From contig OZ076409.1 of the NCBI GenBank assembly GCA_964187785.1, forward strand, positions 23,376,001-23,440,000: DNA of 64,000 nucleotides. The letters run 5' to 3'. Origin of the DNA: Amphiscolops sp. MND2022 (Eukaryota). Shown in pieces: positions 1 through 14,043 of this stretch (position 1 is its first letter; each line of letters begins with the position of its first letter). The notes below the pieces were generated by a model. That model made no database searches. It saw only the letters and a program-made list of their open reading frames with translations, and was not told where the DNA came from. The position numbers and the translations under genes are program-made.

Positions 1-3000
1 TGATAAATTTAAAAGTTCAGATTTTTTTCGTAGTTTTCAGTCTGTTTTCCGCTGATATATTTGAAAGTTCAGATTTTTTTGTGATTTTCAGTCTGTTTTC
101 CGCTGATATGTTTGAAATTTCAGATTTTTTCGTTGTTTTCAGTCTGTTTTCCGCTGATGTATTTGAAAGTTCAGATTTTTTTTGGTTTTCGGTCTAAAAT
201 ATTTGAAAGTTCAGATTTGTTTTCGTGGTTTTCAGTCTGTTTTCCGCTGATATATTTGAAATTTCAGATTTTTTTCGTAGTTTTCAGTCTGTTTTCCGCT
301 GATATAGTTGAAAGTTCAGATTTTCTTGTGGTTTTCGGTCTAATATATTTGAAAGTTCAGATTTGTTTTCGTGGTTTTCAGTCTGTTTTCCGCTGATATA
401 TTTGAAAGTTCAGATTTTTTTCGTAGTTTTCAGTCTGTTTTCCGCTGATATATTTGAAAGTTCAGATTTTTTTGTGATTTTCAGTCTGTTTTCCGCTGAT
501 ATATTTGAAAGTTCAGATTTTTTCCGTAGCTTTCAGTCTGTTTTCGTTGATATATTTGAAAGTTCAGATTTTTTTTGTGGTTTTCGGTCTAATATATTTG
601 AAAGTTCAGATTTTTTTTCGTAGTTTTCAGTCTGTTTTCCGCTGATAAATTTGAAAGTTCAGATTTTTTTCGTAGTTTTCAGTCTGTTTTCCGCTGATAT
701 ATTTGAAAGCTCAGATTTTTTTGTAGTTTTCAGTCTGTTTTCCGCTGATATGTTTGAAAGTTCAAATTTTTTTGTGGTTTTCGGTCTAAAAAATTTGAAA
801 GTTCAGATTTTTTTTCGTAGTTTTCAGTCTGTTTTCCGCTGATATATTTGAAAGTTCAGACTTTTTTTCGTAGTTTTCAGTCTGTTTTCCGCTGATATAT
901 TTGAAAGTTCAGATTTTTTTTGTGGTTTTCGGTCTAATATATTTGAAAGTTCAGATTTTTTTTTCGTAGTTTTCAGTCTGTTTTCCGCTGATAAATTTGA
1001 AAGTTCAGATTTTTTTCGTAGTTTTCAGTCTGTTTTCGGCTGATATATTTGAAAGTTCAGATTTTTTTGTAGTTTTCAGTCTGTTTTCCGCTGATATGTT
1101 TGAAAGTTCAGATTTTTTTTGTGGTTTTCGGTCTAAAAAATTTGAAAGTTCAGATTTTTTTTCGTAGTTTTCAGTCTGTTTTCCGCTGATAAATTTAAAA
1201 GTTCAGATTTTTTTCGTAGTTTTCAGTCTGTTTTCCGCTGATATATTTGAAAGTTCAGATTTTTTTGTGATTTTCAGTCTGTTTTCCGCTGATATGTTTG
1301 AAAGTTCAGATTTTTTTGTGGTTTTCGGTCTAAAAAATTTGAAAGTTCAGATTTTTTTCGTAGTTTTCAGATTATTTTCCGCTAATATATTTGAAAGTTC
1401 AGTTTTTTTTTCGTAGTTTTCAGTCTGTTTTCCGGTGATATATTTGAAAGTTCAGATTTGTTTTTGTGGTTTTCAGTCTGTTTTCCGCTGAAATATTTGA
1501 AAGTTCAGGTTTTTTTGTAGTTTTCAGTCTGTTTTCCGCTGATATGTTTGAAAGTTCAGATTTTTTTGTGGTTTCCGGTCTAAAAAATTTGAAAGTTCAG
1601 ATTTTTTTTCGTAGTTTTCAGTCTGTTTTCCGCTGATAAATTTGAAAGTTCAGATTTTTTTCGTAGTTTTCAGTCTGTTTTCCGCTGATATATTCGAAAG
1701 TTCTGATTTTTTGTGATTTTCAGTCTGTTTTCCGCTGATATGTTGAAAGTTTAGATTTTTTTCGTAGTTTTCAGTCTGTTTTCCGCTGATATATTTGAAA
1801 GTTCAGATTTTTTTGTGGTTTTCGGTCTAATATATTTGAAAGTTCAGATTTGTTTTTGTGGTTTTCAGTCTGTTTTCCGCTGATATATTTGAAAGTTCAG
1901 ATTTTTTTGTGGTTTTCGGTCTAATATGTTTGAAAGTTCAGATTTGTTTTCGTGGTTTTCAGTCTGCTTTCCGCTGATATATTTGAAAATTCAGATTTTT
2001 TTCGTAGTTTTCAGTCTGTTTTCCGCTGATATATTTGAAAGTTCAGATTTTTTTGTGATTTTCAGTCTGTTTTCCGCTGATATATTTGAAAGTTCAGATT
2101 TTTTCCGTAGCTTTCAGTCTCTTTTCCGCTGATATATTTGAAAGTTCAGATTTTTTTTCTTGGTTTTCGGTCTATTATATTTGAAAGTTCAGATTTGTTT
2201 TCGTGGTTTTCAGTCTGTTTTCTGCTGATATATTTGAAAGTTCAGATTTTTTTGTGGTTTTCTGTCGAATATATTTGAAAGTTCAGATTTGTTTTCGTGG
2301 TTTTCAGTCTGCTTTCCGCTGATATATTTGAGTTTAGATTTTTTCGTAGTTTTCAGTCTGTTTTCCGCTGATATATTTGAAAGTTCAGATTTTTTTGTAG
2401 TTTTCGGTCTGTTTTCCGCTGATATGTTTGAAAGTTCAGATTTTTTTGTGGTTTTCGGTCTAAAAAATTTGAAAGTTCAGATTTTTTTCGTAGTTTTCAG
2501 TCTGTTTTCCGCTGATAAATTTAAAAGTTCAGATTTTTTTCGTAGTTTTCAGTCTGTTTTCCGCTGATATATTTGAAAGTTCAGATTTTTTTGTGATTTT
2601 CAGTCTGTTTTCCGCTGATATGTTTGAAAGTTCAGATTTTTTCGTTGTTTTCAGTCTGTTTTCCGCTGATGTATTTGAAAGTTCAGATTTTTTTTTGGTT
2701 TTCGGTCTAAAATATTTGAAAGTTCAGATTTGTTTTCGTGGTTTTCAGTCTGTTTTCCGCTGATATATTTGAAATTTCAGATTTTTTTCGTAGTTTTCAG
2801 TCTGTTTTCCGCTGATATAGTTGAAAGTTCAGATTTTTTTGTGGTTTTCGGTCTAATATATTTGAAAGTTCAGATTTGTTTTCGTGGTTTTCAGTCTGTT
2901 TTCCGCTGATATATTTGAAAGTTCAGATTTTTTTTGTAGTTTTTAGTCTGTTTTCCGCTGATATATTTGAAAGTTCAGATTTTTTTGTGATTTTCAGTCT

Positions 3001-5738
3001 GTTTTCCGCTAATATATTTGAAAGTTCAGATTTTTTCCGTAGCTTTCAGTCTGTTTTCGCTGATATATTTGAAAGTTTAGATTTTTTTTGTGGTTTTCGG
3101 TCTAATATATTTGAAAGTTCAGATTTGTTTTCGTGGTTTTCAGTCTGTTTTCCGCTGATATATTTGAAAGTTCAGATTTTTTTCGTAGTTTTCAGTCTGT
3201 TTTCTGCTGATATATTTGAAAGTTCAGATTTTTTGCGGTTTTCGGTCTAATATATTTGAAAGTTCAGATTTGTTTTCGTGGTTTTCAGTCTGTTTTCCGC
3301 TGATATATTTGAGTTTAGATTTTTTCGTAGTTTTCAGTCTGTTTTCCGCTGATATAGTTGAAAGTTCAGATTTTTTTGTGGTTTTCGGTCTAATATATTT
3401 GAAAGTTCAGATTTGTTTTCGTGGTTTTCAGTCTGTTTTCCGCTGATATATTTGAAAGTTCAGATTTTTTTCGTAGTTTTCAGTCTGTTTTCCGCTGATA
3501 TATTTGAAAGTTCAGATTTTTTTGTGATTTTCAGTCTGTTTTCCGCTGATATATTTGAAAGTTCAGATTTTTTCCGTAGCTTTCAGTCTGTTTTCCGCTG
3601 ATATATTTGAAAGTTTAGATTTTTTTTGTGGTTTTCGGTCTAATATATTTGAAAGTTCAGATTTTTTCCGTAGCTTTCAGTCTGTTTTCCGCTGATATAT
3701 TTGAAAGTTTAGATTTTTTTTGTGGTTTTCGGTCTAATATATTTGAAAGTTCAGATTTGTTTTCGTGGTTTTCAGTCTGTTTTCCGCTGATATATTTGAA
3801 AATTCAGATTTTTTTCGAAGTTTTCAGTCTGTTTTCTGCTGATATATTTGAAAGTTCAGATTTTTTTGTCGCTTCCGGTCTAATATTTTCGAAAGTTCAG
3901 ATCTGTTTTCGTGGTTTTCAGTCTGTTTTCCGCTGATATATTTGAAAGTTCAGATTTTTTTCTTGGTTTTCAGTCTGTTTTCCGCTGATATATTTAAAAG
4001 TTCAGTTTTTTTGTAGTTTTCAGTCTGTTTTCCGCTGACATGTTTGAAAGTTCAGATTTTTTTGTGGTTTTCGGTCTAAAAAATTTGAAAGTTCAGATTT
4101 TTTTCGTAGTTTTCAGATTATTTTCCGCTAATATATTTGAAAGTTCAGTTTTTTTTCGTAGTTTTCAGTCTGTTTTCCGGTGATATATTTGAAAGTTCAG
4201 ATTTGTTTTTGTGGTTTTCAGTCTGTTTTCCGCTGATATATTTGAAAGTTCAGGTTTTTTTGTAGTTTTCAGTCTGTTTTCCGCTGATATGTTTGAAAGT
4301 TCAGATTTTTTTGTGGTTTCCGGTCTAAAAAATTTGAAAGTTCAGATTTTTTTTCGTAGTTTTCAGTCTGTTTTCTGCTGATAAATTTGAAAGTTCAGAT
4401 TTTTTTCGTAGTTTTCAGTCTGTTTTCCGCTGATATATTCGAAAGTTCTGATTTTTTGTGATTTTCAGTCTGTTTTCCGCTGATATGTTTGAAAGTTTAG
4501 ATTTTTTTCGTAGTTTTCAGTCTGTTTTCCGCTGATATATTTGAAAGTTCAGATTTTTTTGTGGTTTTCGGTCTAATATATTTGAAAGTTCAGATTTGTT
4601 TTTGTGGTTTTCAGTCTGTTTTCCGCTGATATATTTGAAAGTTCAGATTTTTTTGTGGTTTTCGGTCTAATATGTTTGAAAGTTCAGATTTGTTTTCGTG
4701 GTTTTCAGTCTGCTTTCCGCTGATATATTTGAAAATTCAGATTTTTTTTCGTAGTTTTCAGTCTGTTTTCCGCTGATATATTTGAAAGTTCAGATTTTTT
4801 TGTGATTTTCAGTCTGTTTTCCACTGATATATTTGAAAGTTCAGATTTTTTCCGTAGCTTTCAGTCTGTTTTCCGCTGATATATTTGAAAGTTCAGATTT
4901 TTTTTCTTGGTTTTCGGTCTATTATATTTGAAAGTTCAGATTTGTTTTCGTGGTTTTCAGTCTGTTTTCCGCTGATATATTTGAAAGTTCAGATTTTTTT
5001 CGTAGTTTTCAGTCTGTTTTCTGCTGATATATTTGAAAGTTCAGATTTTTTTGTGGTTTTCTGTCGAATATATTTGAAAGTTCAGATTTGTTTTCGTGGT
5101 TTTCAGTCTGTTTTCCGCTGATATATTTGAGTTTAGATTTTTTCGTAGTTTTCAGTCTGTTTTCCGCTGATATTTTTGAAAGTTCAGATTTTTTTTGTGG
5201 TTTTCTGTCGAATATATTTGAAAGTTCAGATTTGTTTTCGTGGTTTTCAGTCTGTTTTCCGCTGATATATTTGAGTTTAGATTTTTTCGTAGTTTTCAGT
5301 CTGTTTTCCGCTGATATTTTTGAAAGTTCAGATTTTTTTTGTGGTTTTCTGTCGAATATATTTGAAAGTTCAGATTTGTTTTCGTGGTTTTCAGTCTGTT
5401 TTCCGCTGATATATTTGAGTTTAGATTTTTTCGTAGTTTTCAGTCTGTTTTCCGCTGATATTTTTGAAAGTTCAGATTTTTTTTGTGGTTTTCTGTCGAA
5501 TATATTTGAAAGTTCAGATTTGTTTTCGTGGTTTTCAGTCTGTTTTCCGCTGATATATTTGAAAGTTCAGATTTTTTTCGTAGTTTTCAGTCTGTTTTCC
5601 GCTGATATATTTGAAAGTTCAGATTTGTTTTCGTGGTTTTCAGTCTGTTTTCCGCTGTTATATTTGAATGTTCAGATTTTTTTCGTAGTTTTCACTCTGT
5701 TTGCCGCTGATATATTTGAAAGTTCAGGTTTTTTTCTA
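1..5738. repeat. Tandem satellite of ~52-bp and ~41-bp related monomers (runs off the left edge)
   Basis: Long monomer ATATTTGAAAGTTCAGATTTTTTTCGTAGTTTTCAGTCTGTTTTCCGCTGAT alternates irregularly with a short variant ending GTGGTTTTCGGTCTAAT. All ORFs in this span are repeat translations. Confidence 0.98.
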
Positions 5739-5899
5739 AAAGTTAAAGACTGATTAATCGTCTTCAGTTACCGTGGGTTAATTGGTTCGCGAGTTGCTAC
5801 AGTACGCTATGTAATTCATATGACTTTGGTTTCAAAGTTTCTGTAGCTCGTTCTACGATTCGGATTCCGGAAATGCAATCTCGGTGTACAATATTGCTC

Positions 5900-7200
5900 C
5901 TCTTTTGTCCGGTTGTTTATCTTGCATCCATACTAGTTACAATTTTATTCAAAGGAACTGCTTCTCCTTGTTTTGTTCCGGACGTTTTAATGATCTTTGC
6001 GGTTTGTCATTTGCTGAATCTATCTTCAGCAACTGAAACTTCATGTTCCTCGGAATTTTTTCATGCGTGAAGTTCAATTTTTGGCTTTTCTCATTTTCGT
6101 AGTTTTACCATGTTCAGACCTTGTTACCGCGTAAAAACTACTTAAGTTCATGCTATTTTTATACTCCAATTATCTGCTCGTTTGCGATTTCCGGCCACAG
6201 AGACCATTTGCTTTGGTATCTAATCGAGCTTCTTTTTCTGTCGTAGTCTTGTCAAATTTTTCACCTTGCAACAGTTGAAGAGTTTTTTTCGACGCCCACG
6301 TCAAAGCATTCTTCGTCCATGAACTTTGCAAATGTGTCTCTACCTCATTGTGACGTATGTTAGTGCAGTTACCTCGTGGGCAGTGAATGACACGGATAAT
6401 TGAGAAATCCTCGGCACAAGAATACAACATATGCAAATTTTTCTGTTGCTTGTCGTAGTGTCAGTGCAGCTTGACGTATTCACGGAATTCGCACTTTTTC
6501 TGCGGCTAACTTAATGTCTAACAACGTATCGTCAGTCGGTACTCGAAAAGATTGCTATACTTATGAGTATTTCTATGCTCGATTTGTGAGGATGCTTCAT
6601 GTTCTTCACCATTTAACATGTCACGTCTGTTTCAAAAGGGTATTGAGACATCTGTTTGGACCATGCGTAAATTTCAATGTGCTGTTCAGGTTTCCTGATT
6701 CAAAGTCCAACCTTACTCAGCAGCAAGGAATATAATCTCGGTCCCGTTCTGAATTGATTGGTTGCCCGAAACTTGAGAGCAACAATTTGTTTGTCAAAGT
6801 TTTTTCTTCTTAGACAAACGTTTTGCCAAAGGTTGGGTGTCGTACGGTAGAGGAACGCAAGTTTCTCGTTAACGCCTCTGGTTATAGGCAAGCAAATGCG
6901 TTTTGATGGAATGTGATGCTTGTGTGTATGCTGAATTACAAGTTTTTTGTCTTTTCCCTACATGAGGTCAATAGAAGAACCTTCATTTCAACCAACTGAG
7001 CCGGTACTCCGAATCTATCTTCAAATAGTATGGAGGTTCCCTTAAAAGCGTTTTAGTGTTTCGGAGAAACAGTTGTTTGATGAATAAGTGCCATTTTAGT
7101 AGAAAATGAGTGCCACGAATACAATGGGAAGTTTTTTCTGTTTCTTGTTTTGTCAGATAACAGAATGAATGCTCGTAGTGGGCACGTTTCACAGAACTAA
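5900..7200 (-). mobile_element. Degraded CRE-like (restriction-like endonuclease) non-LTR retrotransposon, C-terminal relic
   Basis: Minus frame reads KCEFRE...HCPRGNCTNIRHNEVE...EKEARLDTKANGL, matching the zinc-knuckle/RHNE and ARLD motifs of CRE/REL elements. Many stops; boundaries approximate. Confidence 0.65.
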
Positions 7201-7314
7201 TAAACTACTATACGGACAAGCAGAAACGCATCTAAGTTAGTGCAAAGGTGCTCCCTTTCATGTACCCTTTCTTTTATTCCATTTCAACGTCAGATACAAA
7301 TCAGGACAAGACTA

Positions 7315-7819
7315 AAGGGTCACCCGTTTGTTTGTTTTGATATTTTGCAACAAATTGGTTGTTGAAAAAGCCCAAAGGGGCCCTTTTTTAGCATTGTGAG
7401 ATTGTTAAAATTGTCCGTTTGTCTGATACTAGGTTTTCTTAATCGAAATTCACCAATATTTTCTCCAATCTTATCCCAATTTTCAAGGCGCAAGTTCAAA
7501 AATACAACAGTATACCCAAATTTTTGAAGTTATATCCGAACTATGGTAAGTTTTACTAAGGATGTGGAGGATCGAAAACAACCGCTCCCATTTGTACCAG
7601 CACGCTATATACGAACTTTGGACGTTATATCCGAAGTAATTTGCGATTCACTGAGTAGGAGCCGTGAGAAAAAAATTGCCCGCATTTGCCACAGCAGGCT
7701 ACATCTGAACTTCAGAAGCGATTTGAATGCTTCGACACCTTCAAGAAAACTACCTGGGCAAATTTTAAAAACTTTTTAGGCCTTAGGTAATCGCCGACTT
7801 TAGACGTTTCCGTCTTGTT
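7315..7819 (+). repeat. Dispersed non-autonomous repeat with 3' hairpin (Helitron/Helentron-like)
   Basis: Ends CGCCGACTT-x-hairpin(AGACG TTTC CGTCT)-TGTT. Related copies at ~42830-43241, 60322-60547 and 61047-61490. Confidence 0.55.
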
Positions 7820-7859
7820 ACGACTTGACATTGTATCGCAAATGATTTTCATGTTTGAT

Positions 7860-8860
7860 GAGTGTTGTTCTTTCTAGATTTTGACTTAAACTTCCCAATA
7901 TGTCAACAGCTAATCCGTCATCGGCGTCCCATTTCTCAGGAACGACATCTCTGTTGCACTTTGGCGATGGGCTACATGCGCCACATGATCGTACTCAGGG
8001 TTTTCTTGCGTGATACTTTCTTTGGACAGCTGCTATTTGGTATTAACGAAGAGGGCTAATAGATTTTTGTATGAGTTCAAAATTGCATTGTGTAGAAAGG
8101 AACAGAGTTAATAGATTTTGGTTTTTTGGATACCTAAGTTGAGGTTTAAGGTGTTGAAGTCGGTACGAAATCATTTCTCAATAGTTTAGCACAGTGAGCG
8201 AAAGGGGTGTTTTCCGCACCAATTCAGCCCGAGACACAGTTGCTGCTTGGCGCTCGATTAAGTTTTGAGAGGCGGCGTCTCTGGAAATCATAAGATTTTT
8301 TCGCTATTTGTTCGCAACAAATCCAAAAGGGCCATGCCTCCCACGATTTTTCAAAGCAGCTAAACGAGTATGGGGAGCATTGATTTGTTTCAAATACTCC
8401 GAATGATTTCAAAGAGTTTGCCGCAGCATTTAGAGATTTAATCGTGGTCAGCTTTTCAGGACGCGGATATTTTTTTTCAGTATAATCTCGACGGTTCTAT
8501 CTTTGATTTGGATTTCCAATTAAAAATCGACAAACAGGTTTTCCGCTGCTGAAACACTGACAATCCCAGTTTTGTAGCTTCTCATCAAGCAATTGTACTG
8601 TTTCAGCTCTTTGTCAGTCGATTTTTCGCCATCTTTGCAGAAGCGATTGACGAAGCTGTGGAAATCTTGGAAAATTAAATCGGGTCATTGAAGAAGGATA
8701 TTTGAAAGATCATTCAGTTGGAGATAGACTCAAAAATTTTATTCTTCTCTGTCTCAGCCTAGCAGCTGTGCTGGACCCGGAATGCATCAATGATTGAAGA
8801 CGAACAAGGACAGCATCTACCCCAATGCATAAAACTACTGAGAAGAAACTTTTTTCATCC
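7860..8860 (+). pseudogene. Highly degraded hAT-like transposase relic
   Basis: Broken frames contain GCFPH (CxxH), TNRFSAAETLTIPVL and LAAVLDP in hAT order. Many stops and frameshifts. Confidence 0.4.
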
Positions 8861-9869
8861 ATTTTGCCTTTGAAAACTTATACAAACACTTTTTGATGAT
8901 TATTTGTTTGATTTGCTGGTTGAAGAAGTCATGTAAATATTTTGAACAATACCTTCGGAATGAATTTGTTTTATACACCACAGAAAGCCCGAATTAGGTT
9001 AAAACTTAAGTCTGTCTCCATAAAAGCCCATCGAATGACTAAATGATTGCATGAATAATACTATTTTCTGAATATGACATCATTAAATGATCATTTGTGC
9101 TAATTACTATGCGTTATTATCCGGCTTGAGCTTCGCCATATACTCGCAACCAAGCGTTTGTTGGATTTGAACTTGCAGATTGATGCCTGACGATTACTCG
9201 TCACTATGCGGATTAACACTATGCGGCACCCTGCGGTTCGACAAGTGACGTATACTCGTCACTATGAGTTTTCAGCCTAAAAACCGATCAAAATGGACGG
9301 TGCCATTATACATTTGAATTATATTTGTAATCACGCTCTATATAGCATTCTGTGCAGTTTTTCCAGAGTTTCTAGGACCTATTCTTCATTTTTGTGCGTA
9401 ATGATGATTCTATTCTATTCTTGTATCCCCGTTTTGCATAACTCCTCTAAAAAAGGAGTGTCATGCTTTTAGTTTTTCAGAAGGAGAGTAACCATAAAAT
9501 AGAGAGTCATTCGAGTCACCTTCATGACAATCAGTTGCTAGAACCACTACTCTGATAACATTGTAAAAACAGTTTCTTTCAAAAATTAGTCTGTTTTATC
9601 AAACATCCCGCTTCAGACCTAAAACATCCCGCTGAACCATTATTCCAAAATGAATCAGACGTAGATGTAACAATACTTTCAAATGAAGAATCCGAAGAAG
9701 AGGATTATCACATGGATTAAGATGAACTTATTATTGTTTGTTTATATTGAACTGATTGTTATAAACAGTTCATTAGTTACCAGTGCTGTCATCTTTTTTC
9801 ATGGAACTGATACCTGACATCAACCTGATCATAAAACCCTACAATATAAACTTTTACAACTACTACTAC

Positions 9870-10347
9870 GGTGGGGTTGTTTCAGATCGAAATTTTGTGT
9901 GATCGAAACGCGAGATCGAAAAAAGATCAAAAATTTTGAGATCGAAATGTTCCGTTTTTGCTAGGTTTTTGCAAGTGCAAAGCGTTTTGAAGCGATTAAA
10001 TTCTTTTAGGTACTTTTCTCACCTAATTGGTGTCATTTACGGTGTATGCACTCTCGCCCTCACCATCGCAAAGATCAACTTCCACTCTTATCACTTCGCG
10101 ATCTCCGTTCCAGCTAGGTCTTTGCTCGTGTTCGACCTCGCTTAGCTAGATGGTAACATAAGCGGCCCCAAGAGGCCGGGCGACTAGAGGAAATGGGGCC
10201 ACATCCGAGGGCCAAAAATATTGGTATTTGAAATTGGTAGTTGTTTGAAATCATTAATTGGATCTCATTTTCTTCGACCATTTTACATCGATCACAGTGA
10301 CAGATTACATACTCGCGCAAAATGATTCGATCCAATTATCAACCGCC
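9870..10347. mobile_element. MITE with GG...CC ends and 8-bp TSD (Merlin-like)
   Basis: Ends GGTGGGGTTG / CAACCGCC, flanked by ACTACTAC on both sides (inside a TAC microsatellite, so the TSD is weaker evidence). Subterminal GATCGAAA arrays; carries the shared core module at ~10020-10210. Confidence 0.6.
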
Positions 10348-10405
10348 ACTACTACTACGTGTCCTGAATATGTTCCCACTTCATTTTGGGCTTTATTTCC
10401 AAAAC

Positions 10406-11072
10406 TGTAGGAATGAAGAACTGAATTGAGATTCATTACTTATGAGCAGACTTGGTTTATGTATTTACAATTGCAATTGAAGGTAGAAATGGTTCAGCAT
10501 CGGGTATATACGAAACCGACCGCGACAGGTACCTGTCAGTCAACAAAAATTGTGACGTATCAAGAGTTGTTTGTTGCATCGCACAAACAAGTACATGATT
10601 GTGCGGAATCAAACGTTTTGTCTGCGCTATCATTTGGCAGGTACTTGAATCTCCATCATTTCGATCAGGTACTCGATCATTTCCGCTTTGCGAGGTGGAT
10701 GGCAAACCTTGACACCCCCGCATTGCCGAAAGCCAAACGAAGTGTTGTTGCGTCTTCGTCTTACCCAGTGATTCCGTGAAAACGTCAGAGCAATTGTCAC
10801 CACTGGCATTGAACTTCAGATCATACGACCGATTCTTTACTGTCTACCGCACAGAAGCCATCCGAGTTGCAAAGTCTTTCATCTTTGCGCTGTTGCATCT
10901 CTGGTTACCAATGCTAAGTACGTTTGACTGTCTGTGAACAAGGTCATCGCTACTGATTCTCCAAGTGTATCCAGAAGCCCCCACAATTGAACCGCTTCTT
11001 TTACGTCTTCGCTCAAGACTTGAAGTTTCGCCTCAGCGATTGAAGAGGACGATAACTGAGCTCTAATGTATA
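10406..11072 (-). mobile_element. Ty1/copia relic: RNase H C-terminus, PPT and 3' LTR
   Basis: Minus frames read SSSIAEAKLQVLSEDVKEAVQLWGLL...LFTDSQ...GDNCSDVFTESLG (copia RNase H). A purine tract GCGGGGG abuts TGTCAAGG at 10714; the putative LTR ends ...CCTACA at 10406. Truncated by the assembly gap. Confidence 0.75.
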
Positions 11073-11272
11073 NNNNNNNNNNNNNNNNNNNNNNNNNNNN
11101 NNNNNNNNNNNNNNNNNNNNNNNNNNNNNNNNNNNNNNNNNNNNNNNNNNNNNNNNNNNNNNNNNNNNNNNNNNNNNNNNNNNNNNNNNNNNNNNNNNNN
11201 NNNNNNNNNNNNNNNNNNNNNNNNNNNNNNNNNNNNNNNNNNNNNNNNNNNNNNNNNNNNNNNNNNNNNNNN
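11073..11272. other. Assembly gap (200 N)
   Basis: Run of N. Confidence 1.
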
Positions 11273-14043
11273 GTTGGATTTCCGTCTGTTTGACGGCGGG
11301 ATTTCTCCCTTCAGTTGAAATTGGCCACAGTCTTTCTGTAGGTGTCACATAATCAGAAAAGCTTCAAGTTCGAATAATATCATCATTGGTGGTTGAGTTG
11401 AATTTTTCTACATTTAGGGAAATACTTTGTTCTTTATAGATGCTGGATATGTAATGTTGATACTCTTCGCCAATAAATTTTTGCTAAAGGGTGCTGAATA
11501 CCAAAAGTTTGATTGCAATGTTTCGCTGGTTACTTTTGGAAGTACAAATTGAATTCCTCTTCTTTTTGCTTTGCTTCAAATTGTCAAACTTTTGCATTTC
11601 TAGATCATATCGACCATCAATTAAGTTTGATAACATCATCAACTCTTGGAGCTCGATAAAATAAGATATGGGTAAAATACTCAGTGATAATTTCTGTTTG
11701 TAGTCGTTTCTTGATATTATCCATCTGGTCACTCTAGAATTAAACGATTTCAATTTCTTCTGTTTTGATTTATTCGGCAACCAACATTCTGAACCATACA
11801 GTAGGGATTCAATGATCATAGCTTTGTATACCTTCGACTGAGTTGATGTATTCGATGCAGAATCTCTTCTTACCATTTGATAGACTAAATGAGCTTTAGA
11901 TATTCGTGTCTCCAGGTGGTTGTTCCATTTAAAGTTGCTAGTTATAACGAGCCCCAAGTGCGTATATACATGGGTTTTTTTTAATTTCTCGTTGTACACT
12001 TCTGGCTCAAAACCTGAAGATCTTTTGAGAATGGGATATTGGCACTTTTTAGCATTGAAAAATAACATATTTCATTCACTCCAAGTTTTAAATTCGCATA
12101 AAGCAGACTTTAAACGATTGTCTAGTTTTTTTAGATCCTGTATACAATAGAAAAACGTTGTTAGCAATTAGTTATGAAGAGAACTCGACAATATCATTTG
12201 TCAAGCCGCCGATAAATAACACAAAACAGGACAAGAAAAGACCGCTGAGGAACTCCTTTCTCAATTAAAACTGGACTCGGATAAGGCATCATCAAATTTG
12301 ATCCTCATGTAGCAATTATATGAAAATGAATCAGGGAGTTTTTAAAATTTGGCAATAGGTCAAGCTTTTGTATTTTTTTCAAAAGAATGTCGTGCCTGAT
12401 CGTATCAAACGCCTTTTGAAAGTCGAATAAGAAGAGTGTAACGCATTTAACATTCTGAATCTTTGAACATATCTCACTTAGCATCATCTCTCAAGTTTGG
12501 TGATCTACCAGATCTAAAACCGTGTTGTAGTTCCTGCAGTAGGGGGTGTAGATGTCCAGTAATCGCTTGAATAAAATCTTCTCGAACGTTTTGCTACCAA
12601 TGTTTAACAAGTTTATTGGGCGATACTTGTCGACTTTGTCTGCGAACCTCTCTTGAATACTGGAATCACTTTTGCTTCCTTCCATTGAAAAGGAATGGTG
12701 AAGTTCGAACAATATTACAACAAACGTTGTAGTGCGAATGAATAAGTGTACCTGTGGTCCTAACAAAGAGTATAGGAGGGATAGCATCGGTATCCGGTCA
12801 AAATCTATAGAAAAGCTTTTTTATAGCAAGTGACTTTCTGGATTTTTCTATAATTTTTAGGTCACTTGCTATAAAAAAATTACAGCAAGTGACCATGTTT
12901 AATTTCCCTAAATTAGAGCAAATGACCTTGTCCTGCTCGTCATAGTCACGTGACCAATCTTTCATTCAATGAGCCAATCTAATTCAAAAAAATGAATACA
13001 GCACAAGCGACGAACTAATTACGATAACGTAGCCAGACATGTTCACATACGTCTTGTGCCCTAAGTGCAGGAGCGAAGCGAAGCCGAGCGACGTGCCACA
13101 TGGCCATGCCTCAATGTTGCTACTCGACGAAGGGAGCGAAGCGACCGAGCCATTCAACAAGCGACCGAGCCAATTCAGCAAACCTCTTCAAATTATAACC
13201 TGAAAATAATCGCTGCTATGGAATTCTTTCGACGCTTTGAATAGCTTTGTTTTTTTTTGACGGTTTGAATAATCTGACCTGTAGCCATAGCATCGGGGCA
13301 TCGCGCTTTAGATGTTACTAGTTTTTTGCAATTTGATTCATTTCAATTTTTTGCTTTTTTGCAATTTGACTTTCCTTACAATTTTTCATGTTGAAGGATC
13401 CTAACTCAGTGTATTCTGGCATTTTTGTTGCGCTGGTTTCTCTATAAATGGTTGCAAAATACACCATTAATAAACTAGCTCGGAATTCAGAACTTCTTGC
13501 AGACTCGTTCTTCCATTCTAGGTGCGGCGAGATGGCAGTGTGCTTTAGCTGTCCGAAGTGTTTAAACAATAATTACACTTTTCTGGTGGCAAAGACATTC
13601 TCTTGATATGTAGCAAGATCCTCAGCAATTGGAATATCATTCTCTTTTTTCTTCAGCTCATAACAATTTCGCTTTGAAACACTGTTTGATTGTTTTTCTT
13701 TCACTTTTTTGATGGTTGAGAGTCTATTCGAGGTGTCAGTTGTAATCCATGGGGGAGACTTCTGTGTTATGTTCCTCTTTGAGCGGTAAAATCCTGTTTT
13801 TAAGAAATCCAAGCGTATAGGTAGACGATACGTTTTTTTATCAGGCGGTTTGTAGATAAAAGCAATACAAATTGTTTTATCATGCGTTTTTATCAATGCT
13901 GCACTCGCACTTGATGTTGGTAATCCAGTGGGTAACGTGACTGGGGAATTTTTTAGGTCTTTGTGAATTGCTATGTGAATTGGTATGTGAATATAGCTGA
14001 CTGTTATCGTAATTAGTTCGTCGCTGTGTAGAACATTTATCAT
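11273..14043 (-). mobile_element. Degraded APE-RT LINE (CR1/L2/Jockey group) ORF2
   Basis: Fragments ICIAFIYKPP (APE), PPWIT, YRPINLLNIGSKTFEKI, DFQKAFDTI, HLGLVITSNFKWNNHL, YKAMIIESLLYGSECW. Frameshifted and interrupted by a MITE. Confidence 0.9.
12789..13286. mobile_element. MITE with GG...CC ends and 8-bp TSD ATAGCATC inserted in the LINE
   Basis: ATAGCATC at 12781-12788 and 13287-13294. Termini GGTATCCGGTCA and (rc) GGCTACAGGTCA; internal GCAAGTGAC motif array. Confidence 0.8.

Noticed and set aside
1..5738. CRISPR-like array
   Set aside because: Monomers are contiguous with no unique spacers, no cas genes, and a eukaryotic context.
112..5753. Hydrophobic F/S/V-rich ORFs up to 221 aa
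   Set aside because: Translations of the T-rich satellite; the longest arises from the 144-bp (multiple of 3) block.
11013..11348. ORFs spanning the N run
   Set aside because: Artefact of the assembly gap; the two sides belong to different elements (copia and LINE).
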